Shown: positions 27,311 to 39,864 of the stretch, one piece after another
Position numbering within the stretch: position 1 is the first letter of the stretch
Layout: the number at the start of each line of letters is the position of its first letter
Assembly (NCBI GenBank): GCA_951406725.2
Contig: OX597815.1
Location: 74,524,001 to 74,588,000, forward strand
Length of the DNA stretch: 64,000 nucleotides
Direction of reading: 5' to 3'
From: Octopus vulgaris
Taxonomy: Eukaryota
Translations under genes and position numbers: made by a program
Notes under the pieces: generated by a model
The model's database searches: none
Seen by the model: only the letters and a program-made list of their open reading frames with translations
What the model was told of the DNA's origin: nothing

Positions 27311-30300
27311 TCATCATCATCATCGTTTAATGTCAGTTTTCCATGCTGGCATGGGTTGGACGGTTTGAGTGGGGACTGGTAAGCCTGGAGGCTGCACCTG
27401 GCTCCAATCTGATCTGGCAATGTTTCTACAGCTGGATGCCCTTCCTAATGACAACCACTCCGAGAGTGTAGTGAGCGACATATGTGCCACTGGCATGGCA
27501 GCCAGTAAGGCGGCGCTGGGATCAGCCACAACTACAATTTTCATGTGATCTGATTTGATTTGATTTGATTTTGATTTTACTTGATTCAATAGTTTTCCTC
27601 GAGCATGGCAAGTTGCCCAACAATTCAAAGGTACTTTTTAAATGGGCTAGTTATGCGACAGTGGTGTAGGCTATGGCTGTGATCTCACTTTACCTGCCGG
27701 GTCTTCTCAATCATAGCATATCTCCAGAGGTCTTGGTCTTTTGTTATTCTCTCTGTTAGGCCTAATGTTCAAGGGTGTTGCTTCACCACCTCATCCCATG
27801 TCTTCCAGAGTCTCCCTCTTCCATGGAATCCCTCCATTGTTAGGAGTGACACTTCACACAACTCTCTTCATCCATATGCAGCACATTACCATACCAGCAT
27901 AGTAGTCTCTCTTGCACACCACATCTGTTGCTTCTTATGTCCAACATTTCACTCAGGGCACTTACATTCTGTCCTGTGTGCACACTGACATTACACATCC
28001 AGCGGATCATACTAGCTTAATTTCTTTCAAGCCTACACATATATATACACACATATGTATGTGTGTATATATATGCTGTTTGCACACATGCATCATACAG
28101 TCTACCTTTTACCACCAGTAGAGGTAGGAGCTTTCAGAACTTTGCCCAGGCTATTCTTATTCTGAGCATCCACCCTCACTACAGACTTGGTCACCTAGAT
28201 AGCTGAAGCTATACACAAACATACATACATAAATATGTACATAAATACATATTGAAAGTAATAGAAATGAAACTAATATAAATAGATACATAATGAAAGT
28301 AATTGAAACTGAAACCATATAATAGTCAAGTATTAATAAAGATATTATTGTTTCACTTTTGACACGTAATACAGAAACAGTGTAGGAGATAAGAGATTGC
28401 ACTGGGCTTGCATTAGGGAAGTTGAAAATTTTTTGGTCCCATGACACTACATGAATCCTAAGTAAGGCATGTGTAGAATTTGAATGAAATCGGTTGGGTA
28501 GTTCTCGAGTTTTAGTGATGCACACATACAGACAGACACATTCTCAGCTTTATATGTGTGTGTGTGTGAATATATATTATCATCATCACCACCATTCTTT
28601 TATATCTGCTTCCCATGCTGTCATGGGTTGGATAGGTCATTGCAATTTGAGACAGTTCTTATTCAGATTTTCTGTCCTCCTTAACAGGCTGGAAGATTAC
28701 TCACTCATGTTTCATATTTACTTTGGTTTCTACAGCTCAAGGCTCTACCTAATACTAACCCCTTACAGACTGTACCAGGTGTATTTTAGATATTATGCTA
28801 TTGTACTATGTTGTGGCACCAGCTTTAAAGAGGTTTCAGAATCACAACAACACTTAAGGGTATTCATAACCTCACATCTTTGCTCACTTGTCAACCACTT
28901 TTACAAAGTACTCTGGGTGAATTTTATACTACCAACAATAGCAGGGTTGCCTTGTATATTATAAAATCACTAAGTCTTCACTCCTTTGTGATATGGTCAC
29001 TCAGTTAGGGCTACATGGCTGAGGAAGAGAGAATAATGACAAAAGTACCAGGAAGGATGGGTGAATGGTTAAAAATAGAGTGATTGGAATGTGGGAGGAA
29101 GTGAAACTAGGCTCAGTAAGATATACATATACACAGGGCACAGGTATGACTGTATGGTTAAGAATCTTGCTTCCCAACCATGAAGTTTCAGGTTTAGTCT
29201 CACTACATGGCACCTTGGACAAGTGTCTTCTACTATAGCCTCAGGCAAAGCCTTGTAAGTGGAATTGATAGATGGAAACTGAAAGATACCTGTTATGTGT
29301 TTATATGGAGAGGATTGCCCATGTTCAGTCCACTATAGGATAAGGACTTCAGCATGTTCTCTCCGCCAACCATAGTCTGATGTTAATTTGAGCTTGAGAT
29401 CATACTAGTTTCATGAGCCTACTCTTCCACACTGGCTCTACATGGTTTGACAAACAGGTGCAGTTTTTTTTTGTTTTTTAACACATACCCACAAGCAGTC
29501 AAGTTGATTATATCAACCTTAGTGCTCAACCGGTACTATTTTATTGACCCCCCAAAAAAGATGAAAGGCTAAATTGACCTTGGTGGAATTTGAACTCAGA
29601 ACATTGTGACAAATGAAATAATGCTAAGCCTTTTGCCTGGCATACTAACAATTCTGCCAGCTTGCCTATATATAAATATATGTATACATACACAGACATA
29701 TAAAGGTGTGCACACACACACACACCCGTTGCATGTGTGCATGAATGTACCCTTGTCTGAACATCTTGTGATGGTTGTAAATAAGCATCAGCACCATACA
29801 AGCAAGGTTGTTAGTTTCCAGTCTTGTATGGAAAGCCTATCTAGCTATGGGGAAATACTACCTTACTTGGAAACAGGTGAGGATTGGTGACAGGAGGGAG
29901 TACGTAGTCATAAATAATCTATCTTAACAAACTTTGTCTGACCCATGCAAGCATGGGAAAGTAGATTTTAAATGATGATGATGATGATCACACATACACT
30001 CATATGTTATAAATCTCCATTTATAAATGGCTGTTATTTGAGGCAGCATTTTATGACCAGATAACATTTGGTTGCCAACCCTTACTCAATAACAATGTCA
30101 GAGATGTTTTTTTTCATTCTACTAGACTTCGAGAGTGCAGAGCAACTAGTTGTAATGTGAAGAGGAAATGTAAACATCACATCACTATTTTATCCAGACG
30201 GTGACAAGTGAAGCAGTAGTGTCAACATTCAAGTATATATGTAGATAAACACACACACATGCAATGGTTTTCTACACAATGAATTACACTCATAAGGCAT

Positions 30301-32311
30301 TACATACATCTTTAATCTTTGACTTGTTTCAGTCATTGGACAGCAGTCATACTGGGGCACCACACTGAAAGGTTTTAGTCAAACAAATTGACCCCAGTAC
30401 TTATTTTTAAGTCTGGCTCTTAATCTATTGTTCTTTCTTTTTGTCAGATCACTAAGTTATAGAAAAGTAGACAAACCAAAACTAGCTGTCAACCAGTGGC
30501 AGGTGTCACAAACACATGTGTATGATGGATTTCTACAGTCCATCTACCAAATTCACTCATAGACTTTGGTCAGTCTAGGGCTGTGGTAGAAGGCACTTGC
30601 CCAAGGTGCTGTGCAGTGGGACTGAATCCAAAACCACACAGTTTTCAAAGTAAGCTTCTTAACCACAGAGCCACATACACATACAAAGCATCGCAGCCTC
30701 CATTTCTATTCATTTTTATTTCACCATTTCTGCATGGGTAGGCATGTCCTCTCTTGCACTATATACAATCAGCTGACCTGTTCCTTTATCATTTCCTTCA
30801 CTAGATGTAACCTCTTCAAAATCAATCTTCACTACTTCACCACTTCATCCCAGCTTCCTCAGTTTTTACCTCTTTCACATGTTCCATTTTAAAATCAATA
30901 AAGCAGTTTTATGGTTTGATTTCATCAATTACATACTGTCAAAAAATCTATTTTGAATGAAAGAATAATTGTATCACTCTCAAAAAGAAAAGCTGTTTAC
31001 AGTTATTGACTTGTATGTAAATATATTTACTGGTAAATAATAATGATACGGTAACAGCTTTTCGATATTGTTCATTACAGTTACTTCACATGCTTATATG
31101 AAGTTTTCAAAAATTCAAATATTTGTAGTAAATTATGTGTGTATAAATGAAGGTATATATCATCATTTTAATGCCCCACTTTTCTATGCTTGCATGGATC
31201 AGACAGAATTCATAGAGGTAGATTTTCTATAGCTAGATGTCCCTCCTGTCACCAACCAAAACAATATTTCCCTATGATGTCAAATCAACACAAAGAGATG
31301 CAAACACACACACACAATAGGCTTCTTTCAGTTTCCATCAACCAAATCAATTCACAAGGCCTAATTCTATAGTAGTAGAAGATTTGCTAAAGATGTCATG
31401 CTGAACATATTCTCGTGTAATATTAGAAAATGAAGAACACTACTTGCATGATGGTGATTATTACTTTTTTACTTGTTTCAGTCATTTGACGGCAGCCATG
31501 CTGGAGCACCACCTTTGGTCGAATACATCAACCCCAGGACTTTTCAAGCAATGATGGTGGTGGTGGTGGTGGGGCAAACACAGGCACACAACTACATATA
31601 TACACACATATCAATATCTATAAATCTGAAATGAGAAAGTTTGTTTGTTTGTCTGGTTTTGGCATTGGAACGGGTTAAAGGGCACTAGATCACGTCAGAT
31701 TGACTCCAAAATTTACAGGGACATGTAAAATGAGGTGAGGATGTGAGTGGGCTAGGTTAGAAATCCCTATCTTAAAAGGTGTGGTTACTAGGGCAAAAAA
31801 CGCACACTTCGACAAGTCTTCTCTCATTCTCTTATCTGCCTGTCTTCCTCCGTCTCTCTGTTTCCTCCCTTCCCATCACTTTCTCTCTATAACAATGTTT
31901 AACAGCTACTACTATCTTTCCCCTGCCGCCTTTGCCAGCGCTGTCACTCTTTCTATCACCGCCTCCCCCCTCTCTCTCTGGACGTCTGTCTGCATTCATA
32001 GAGAGTTTTATTATCGCCACCACCAATCATGAGAACAAATATTATGAACCAGATATTTATTAGGTTAATTTATATATGTGTGTGTGTGTGTGTGTGTGTC
32101 TGTATCTATATATAAATATGTATATATAATGTATATATACAAAGTGTATATATCTGTATTTATATCAAAGCAATTAAGATTCAAGTAAATTCCAATGAAT
32201 TTACTTGAATGTGGTACTTAACTTAGATGCACCAGAAAAACTATATGGTGTTAACCATACAGTAATGTGGGGTGATTATAAACGAGAAAGAAGCAACAAG
32301 AATGGATTAGT

Positions 32312-32401
32312 TTTTAGTACAATTGTTTCATACAAAGACAGGCTTTATTACAAGTTGCAAAATTGCAGCAGATAAAAGTGTCCTGTACTCATCAGCTAAA
32401 A
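32312..32401 (-). ncRNA. Type I hammerhead ribozyme motif (mirror copy in inverted repeat)
   Basis: Reverse complement of the 32799-32889 motif: ttttag CTGATGA gtacaggaca...tgtctttgtat GAAA CAATTG TA ctaaaa. Confidence 0.82.
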
Positions 32402-32798
32402 TACATATGAGTTCTCCAGACATCTTAGTGGGTGAGGTTATACTCATGAAATATTGGAGATAATTCCATTAAAGGCAGATATAGGTTGTAAACAGTTTTC
32501 CAAAGTTCCTTAATGATGATGCACAGTCTTATCACAGATTTTTAAAAACTTATTAGTTTCGAAGAGAAGATGAATTAATCCATAGTGTAGATTTAAATAA
32601 TGGATTAATTTACACTATGGATTAATTCATCTTCTCTTCGAAACTAATAAGTTTTTAAAAATCTGTGATAAGACTGTGCATCATCATTAAGGAACTTTGG
32701 AAAACTGTTTACAACCTATATCTGCCTTTAATGGAATTATCTCCAATATTTCATGAGTATAACCTCACCCACTAAGATGTCTGGAGAACTCATATGTA

Positions 32799-32889
32799 TT
32801 TTAGCTGATGAGTACGGGACACTTTTATCTGCTGCAATTTTTGCAACTTGTAATAAAGCCTGTCTTTGTATGAAACAATTGTACTAAAA
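32799..32889 (+). ncRNA. Type I hammerhead ribozyme motif
   Basis: Stem I ttttag/ctaaaa; core CTGATGA (32805-11); long stem II gtacgggaca.../...tgtctttgtat; GAAA (32872-75); palindromic stem/loop III CAATTG; cleavage triplet GTA. Confidence 0.82.
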
Positions 32890-33025
32890 ACTAATCCATT
32901 CTTGTTGCTTCTTTCTCGTATCTGTATTTATATATATATATATATAATTTGTATACATTTGTATATATAATGCGTACACACACACACACATATATAATGC
33001 GTATATATGTACATATATATATTTA

Positions 33026-33068
<43 letters not shown>

Positions 33069-33598
33069 CATTATGTGGTCGGTTGAGCTGAAAATATGCA
33101 CACCTATGTTAAAAGTGCTGGCGAGTTTGCATGGCAACTATTTTTTTCCTCAAATGAAAGGCGTGACGTCTAGGACAAAATTCCTCATCTTTTAAAATGT
33201 GGCCCAATTATACCCGAATGAAATCGGCTTATATTAACCAAACAAGTAAAACAATGAAAAACTATGCTATTTTAATCCATGTAGGGTCAGGTATCTCTGT
33301 AGGTCAACTACATATTTGTGAAAAGGGCAGATGTTGTCTCACAAGCAGTTATACAGGAAAAGGTATTAGTAAATATGGTAGGATTCAGTTGAAAATTTAC
33401 ACACCTATGTTAAAAGTCCTGGTGAGTTTGCATGGCAACTTTGAGTTTGCTCAATTGAAAGGTATGCCTTCTAGGGCAAAATTCCTCATCTTTAAAGTGT
33501 GGCCCGTGTAGACCTGAATGAAATCGAGTTATAATACCGAAACAAATAAAACAATGATAAACTATTTTAATCCCGAGCAAGACTGGGTTTCTCTGCTA

Positions 33599-34306
33599 TC
33601 TATATATATAAAAGAGGCTTTGGGTTAAAATTGTGTGCACGTTTTGCTACGTCAGAGGTTGGCGGCCACACCAGTGGTCAGATCGAGCTGAAAATTGACA
33701 CAGGCATAGAAGGCGTGATGAGGCAGAGAGTTGAGTCGGTTAAAACTCACCATCTGGAAAGATGCGGTTGCTATGGTGAGAAGATTCAAGGGGGCTCTAA
33801 GCCCCTCCAGATTGGCGCAATTGGCATCTAATCCTATCTATAAAATGAAGAAGGCAAACATAGACACAAATTGGATTTTTATGTAAAAAGGGGTCTAAAT
33901 GGGGCTGGAAGGGGATTCAAATTTACAGGAGGGGTAACTTGAGGGGGGAAATTGGGAGACGTTTTGTGGTGCTACAGTGGTTGCTTTGGAGTGAAAACTG
34001 AGATTTTATTGATTTTGGGGGACACTTGGTTGTCTAGATCGGACACCTTTTGCCCGATTTCTATCAAACTTTCAACATGGTAAAATGGAAGCAGATTTGT
34101 AATTTAAACGCAGAAATCTAATTTTTTTATAAATGGGAGAGAGATAGATAGAGAAAGTCTGAGAGAAAGGAAGAGTTAGAGAGTGGGAAAATAAGAAAGG
34201 ATAGAGAAACAAAGAGGGAGAATGTGGCGATAAGAAACAGAAAGGAAGCAACAGAAAGTAACAACCACAGTGTCACCCGTGCGTAGAGCGGGTCACCTTA
34301 AGCTAG
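33599..34306 (+). mobile_element. Non-autonomous Helitron
   Basis: 5' TC-TATATATATAAAA; 3' GC hairpin ACCCG..CGGGT followed ~10 nt later by CTAG|T. Confidence 0.7.
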
Positions 34307-37300
34307 TCTATCTATCTATCTATATATATATATATATATATATACAATGGGCTTCTTTCAGTTTCCATCGACCAAATCCACTCACAAAGATTTGATTGGC
34401 CCGATGCTATAGTAGAAGACACTTGTCCAAGGTGCCATGCAGTGGGACTGAACCCTCACAGTGTCAAAACAAGGACACACACACACATATATGACAAGCT
34501 TTTTCCAGGCTCCCTCAACCAAATCTACTAACAAGGCTTGGTTGATGCAGCACTACAGTAGATGCTCAAGGTGTCACACTATGGGCCTGAACCTGAAACC
34601 ATGTGTTTTCTGTGTTCTATGGAAACCACATTTTTTGTGCACAAAATAATGAATTGCACAAACTGGTTCAATTCATAATTTTCTTTTTTACTGTATTGTT
34701 ATTGTTGGAATGTATGATTGTATCAGAATGTCTTGAATTGACATGTTCTTGTTCATTTTTGTTGTTTTTGTACTGAAACTCGGTTGCTATTTTTAGCATG
34801 TCAGGTAATCACATAGAGGCTCCAATGTAAGGTAAAACGACAGAAATAGTTAAGATATTTTTTTGTGTTTATGAGTTCTATAATATGTAAATAATTGACT
34901 GGTTTTTGTCTTCTTTTTTAAAGGTAAAAATACCAGATAAATTATTCACGCAAAATGCCACTTTCCTATCTAGTCTCAGCGATCTTCTTCAGCATTCGTT
35001 CCAGTTTCGCAATAATACTTTACCAATATGAATTAGAAACAAATGAAAATAATATCACTATGGCAATTAATACTTTTACAGAAACGAAAGGAATTTTTCG
35101 GTCAATGCTCGACCCCTGTAATTTACAGTAAATCGAAGTAATTTTATGTTGCAGAACAGCTAATTCATGAAATGAATAAACAATCTACGGATCATGTTCC
35201 AGAATTAACAGTCACAATATTTTCAAATGCTTTGGCCATCATCATGCTCATATGCGCCGCTTACACTTAAATTCTTTCAGGTAACTATTCATCAAAGGTA
35301 CCAATACATTTAATTCAATTTTTCTTCGCATTAAACATTCTGTTTGTGTGCAGGACAATTAGCCGGATTTATGAAATCCTTATTGCGGTTTACAATATAG
35401 TGGTCAAATACATGGACTGATAATTATATTTCCATCATACGAACATCTATCTCCAGAGTATAATTTGATCTACGAACAATATTTCCGAGCAATGTATCGC
35501 CCTTCAATGTTACACTTCAAGTGGTGGTCTCTCCTCCACTGGCCTCTGATATACCTTATGTAGAAATACTATATTTCGTCTATTTTCACCATAAGATATT
35601 CATCTTATCTAGATTGATTCAACCGATAACAATCGGACTGCTCTGAATCCAACAACACACATGCCTTATACAACATAATCAGTTTATAAACTGGGCGGAG
35701 TTTCGGAATAGCTATCACGACCACCTCATGGCGAAGGAAAAGGGCATTGAATTTGGGGAGCAAAAATGTAAAAAAATTTGAAATTTTTGAAAAAGATACT
35801 TTCACAATCACAATTCCTGTTATATGAAATACAAGAATACTAAAAAAAAAAAAAAAAAAAAGAGGGAGAAAGAAAGAAAACGAAGTGGGGAAAATACCCG
35901 ATTCCTGGCCCTTTTCCTTCCACATGTAGTGAATGCTATTCTAAAACTCCGCCTATAATTGTTCTGGTCTTGTGCAGTGTGCATTTCCCAGTAATTTTCG
36001 TTTAATCATAACCATATAAACCCCAAAATAAATCGCATCAAACAACTGTATCAATAAAAAGTGCCCTCAGAAAACAAACAAACATACTTTTCTTATTGAA
36101 ACCGTTTTATGATGTAAACGGCGTTGTCAATGGTAGTCGTCCACACCTTAAAGATATTTTGTCAATTTGCAGTTAGTTTGACATATCTCAAAACCCTTTC
36201 TTTTCTTAAGAGCCCTTTTCTGAGAAAGCATACCAATGTGTTCAAAACATGGAGTGTGTCTTTTCAGAAGCCTTAAAGGGGGAGTGTATAATAATACTTA
36301 ACCATTCAATATGGCGTTATAGCGTATAATGTATAAATATGTTCGGTATTTATGTAGAACTGTCCTGCATGATAATAGGACCATTATCTACAGCTATGGA
36401 GAAACACAGAGAAATTTCCAAGGAGAATCCGCCTGTCTACAGTCAGGTACTTGTAGTAGTAAACAGACAACGATGACAACTAGTGGTCGGCAAACATAAC
36501 TGAGGGGGAGTAGTTCTTACAAACTGAAAGCTAAATGGAAATAACAACAACTATTAAACAGTCTGAAATGATATAATCACACCCTTCCATCTTAAACAAC
36601 AAAACCTTACAATATCCCCTGAGATAAACGAGCTGGCCACAGCATAGTATCAATAAAGAGGAAAAAAATAACCCTTCCGTGGCCGTCAAACAAACCTGAT
36701 ACCAGTTGAAGTTTGGGAAAGTGAAACTGGTACGTTATACTCAAATATCGCCTTCTTTTACTGAGACTATCCAATTACATTTTTGAAGGCATGCTAAAAT
36801 TCCCACAAGCGATTTAGGTTCTACGTTAAACAAGAAAGCATAACTACGATGCGTTATCAAAAAAAATTTTTTTTTTTCATTTTTATATCAACTGAAAGGA
36901 TCGGATGGAATTTAGAATTAGATGTTTCGAGAATTTAACAAGGAAATCAAAGTACAAATATATGATCGAAGGTTCATCATTTGATGATCGAAATTATATA
37001 TGTGGGTTAGTACAATAAATCACATACACAGTATAGCTTTAGAAGTCGAAAGTATCTCTTTAAAATGCGCAGATTCCATATAACTGACATGTTATTGTCA
37101 TTAAAGTTAAAAGCAGGCTAACCCATTTTTTTACGGTGATCAGAAACAAGTAAATAAATAGCTTTAGAATATAACAACATTAAATCGCTCTGATTTAATG
37201 AATTGCAACGTATGAGTATCAATAAAGAAATAATACTAGTAATGATAATTATAATAATAGTGAAATACAAGAATGCAGAACCAAAACCATCTGTTAGTGC

Positions 37301-37569
37301 GTGACAGAATTAATCAGAGAAAGTAGGCAGATTCAATAAAAAAAAATGATTATAAACTCAGGTACCATTAATAATAAGAATTTTATAGTAAAATAAATCC
37401 CCCAATTTGTGGACAAATTCTTATATGTCGTTAGCATTGAAATTGAATAAAGTAACGATGAAAAAACATGTCAGTAAGACATATTGGCTTATTTTGAAGC
37501 AGTTGAAGTGCGTACTAAGGTCAATACAAGAATAATAGAAAAAGACCTGTAAAATTTAAGAAAATTTAC

Positions 37570-37627
37570 CGATTAACTGTCCGACAGGAGTACTCAAAGG
37601 ATTTCCGTGTCCAAACAGAGCTGCCAT
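37570..37627 (-). CDS. TOM1L2: TOM1/TOM1L2-family (VHS-GAT adaptor) first coding exon
   Basis: Reverse complement reads aaaATG GCA GCT CTG TTT GGA CAC GGA AAT CCT TTG AGT ACT CCT GTC GGA CAG TTA ATC G|gtaaat = MAALFGHGNPLSTPVGQLI(E). This matches the TOM1/TOM1L2 N-terminus (MEFLLGNPFSTPVGQCLE) with a phase-1 GT donor after 58 nt. I found no exon 2 (ATDG..SEDW..EICD) in 1-37569. Confidence 0.88.
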
Positions 37628-37845
37628 TTTGATTTTTGACTTCCATACAATGACGTCACTAAATTTTGCTGATTTTTATTTTTAGCAATGTATATTTTCT
37701 TCACAAATCATTAAATACGAATTATTATTATTTAAAATTAAAACAATAAATTATGGTTTATGAAAATAAAATTTTAAAATAACTATTCAGAATTAAATTT
37801 TAACCTAAATATATTCTACGGATATGCCCGTAACCTTGACAACAG
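37628..37845. promoter_or_regulatory. Bidirectional promoter shared by TOM1L2-like gene and DRC3
   Basis: Short unique interval between the minus-strand ATG (37627) and the putative plus-strand first exon. Contains a perfect CRE TGACGTCA (37651-37658), an ETS-like ACTTCC (37639-37644), a YY1-like GCCATTTT overlapping the ATG (37623-37630) and an AT-rich core. Confidence 0.65.
37830..37843 (+). promoter_or_regulatory. RFX X-box motif
   Basis: GTAACC-TT-GACAAC fits the GTHNYY-N2-RRNAAC consensus and lies immediately upstream of the putative first exon of a motile-cilium gene. Confidence 0.6.
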
Positions 37846-37942
37846 CTGGACGCGGTGAAATCACCGAGAAAAGTGAATAGCATCATCAAAATTTGTATAG
37901 AAAAGCTCGATTCTGAATTAAAATAAGCCCGAAATATCAGCA
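37845..37942 (+). other. DRC3: Putative non-coding 5'UTR exon 1 of DRC3 (start approximate)
   Basis: CpG-containing unique sequence directly after an X-box, ending in a strong donor ca|GTAAGT at 37943. The DRC3 ATG exon begins with an acceptor (tttttatttcttAG, 42467) only 5 nt before the ATG, so an upstream exon is required. Confidence 0.55.
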
Positions 37943-38651
37943 GTAAGTCTTACTAGCAAACACCTACACGAATATAAATATTCCGCTATCAAATATGGTT
38001 TGTCATTTCTATTTTAAAACACGTGCTATGTAAATAATGGCATTTTCTGTCGTTCATTGTTGTTATGTAGTTAAAACCTCGATAAACTCTTTCAGAACAT
38101 CTTTTCATTTTATAATTTATTTCAAATAGTTTTCATTATATATATATATATATAAATAATGTCGTAAATAACACACAATATAATTAAACGTGTATGTTTT
38201 GAAAAACTAGTATATTATTGTGAAAAATGTGGACAAATAATTCTTTCTACTATAGACACAAAACCTGAATTTTTGAGGTAGGGGGTTAGTCGATTATATC
38301 AACTCAGTGTTCAACTGTTATTTATTTCATCGATCCCAAAAGGATGAAAGACAAAGTCGACCTCGCGGAACTTGAACTTAGAACGTAAAGCTGGATGAAA
38401 TGACGCTAAGCATTTTGTTCAGTGTGGTAATGTTTCTGAATAATAATAATAATCCTTTTTACTATAGGCACAAGGCCTGAACTTTTGCGGGAGGGATCCA
38501 TTTAATTACACTGACTCCAGTACTTGGCAGGTACGCTATTCTATTGATCCCAAAGAAGGCGAAGTCGACCTCGGCAGAATTTGAACTCAGGATGTAAAGG
38601 TAGAAGAAATGCTGCTAAGCATTTTGTTTGGTGTAGTAACAAATAATAATC

Positions 38652-39073
38652 TTCTTTTACTTTTACTTGTTTCAGTCATTTGACTGCGGCCATGCTGGAG
38701 CACCGCCTTTAGTCGAGCAAATCGACCCCAGGGCTTATTCTTTGTAAGCCTAGTACTTATTCTATCGGTCTGTTTTGTCGAACCGTTAAGTTACGGGGAC
38801 GTAAACACACCAGCATCGGTTGTCAAGCGATGTTGGAGGGACAAACACAGACACACAAACACACACACACGTGTGGCTGAAGCCCAATGGATCTATATAT
38901 ATACATATATATGACGTGCTTCTTTCAGTTTCCGTCTACCAAATCCACTCACAAGGCCTTGGTCGGCCCGAGGTTATAGTAGAAGACACCTGCCCAAGGT
39001 GCCATGCAGTGGGACTGAACCCAGAACCATGTGGTTGGTAAGCAAGCTACTTTCCACACAGCCATTCCTGCAC
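38652..39073 (-). mobile_element. Full-length tRNA-derived CORE-type SINE (abundant family)
   Basis: Minus strand: A-box TGGCTGTGTGG, B-box GGTTCAGTCCC, CCTTGGGCA.GT core, central microsatellite, 3' ...GACTGAAACAAGTAAAAG tail. Further copies include 9098-9470, 48665-49125, 61902-62265 and 26195-26460. Confidence 0.85.
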
Positions 39074-39749
39074 CTATAATAATAATAATATTAATAATAA
39101 TAATAATAATAATAATAATCCTTTCTACTATAAGAACAAGGCCTGAAATTTGTGGGTAGGGGACTAGTGGATTTCATCGACCTCAGTGTTTCGCTGTTAC
39201 TTGATTTATCAAGCCTGAAAGGATGAAAGACAAAGTTGACCTCAGCGGAGTTTGAAACCAGAATATTGCAACAGGTGAAATACCACTAAGCATTTCAACC
39301 AGTGTGCTAATGATCCTGCCAGCTTTCCGTCTTAATAATAATATTTGTTTCTTCTCTTCTATAAGCACAAGGCCTGACATTTCAGGTAAGATGCCTAATC
39401 AATTATATCAACACCAGTGTTCAACTGATACTTATTTCATCAACCCCAAAAGGATGAAAGACAAAGTTGACCTTTGCAGAATTTGTATATAAAGATGGAT
39501 GAAATGCTGCTAAGAATTTTGGCTGACATACTAACCATTCTGTCAGCTCACTATCTTTAAATCCTTTCTATTGTAGGCACAAGGCCTAACATGTCTGTGG
39601 GTAGGAGGCTAGTCAATTACATTGACCTCAGTGCTCAACTGGTACTTATTTTATTGAAAGGAAAGGCAAAGTTGACTTCAGTGGAATTTGAACCAGAACA
39701 TAAAGTTGAAGAAATGCTACTTAGCATTTTGGCTGATGCAATCACAGTT

Positions 39750-39798
<49 letters not shown>

Positions 39799-39864
39799 TT
39801 ATCTGAAAAGCTGAATTGAAATATTTCCTTTCATTTCAGTTTTCCCTTTTTGTAGTTTTATATA

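Larger units (their letters stand above)
32282..32919. repeat. Near-perfect long inverted repeat (~308-bp arms, 21-nt spacer), Penelope-like pseudo-LTR style
   Basis: Arm 32282-32589 is the reverse complement of 32611-32919, with only about two visible differences (acagga/acggga and one T-run length). Confidence 0.95.
31617..33598 (+). mobile_element. Interrupted non-autonomous Helitron with internal ~220-bp duplication, hosting the large palindrome
   Basis: 5' TCTATAAATCTGAAA..(GTTT)n; duplicated gaaaat.t.cacacctatgttaaaagt...aaaacaatga blocks (33090-33300, 33390-33597); 3' CCCGAGCAAGACTGGG..CTGCTA hairpin end. Confidence 0.5.

Noticed and set aside
34924-35603. Nested protein-coding gene in the repeat-free island
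   Set aside because: The candidate exon frames I translated on both strands hit stops; retained only as a non-coding finding.
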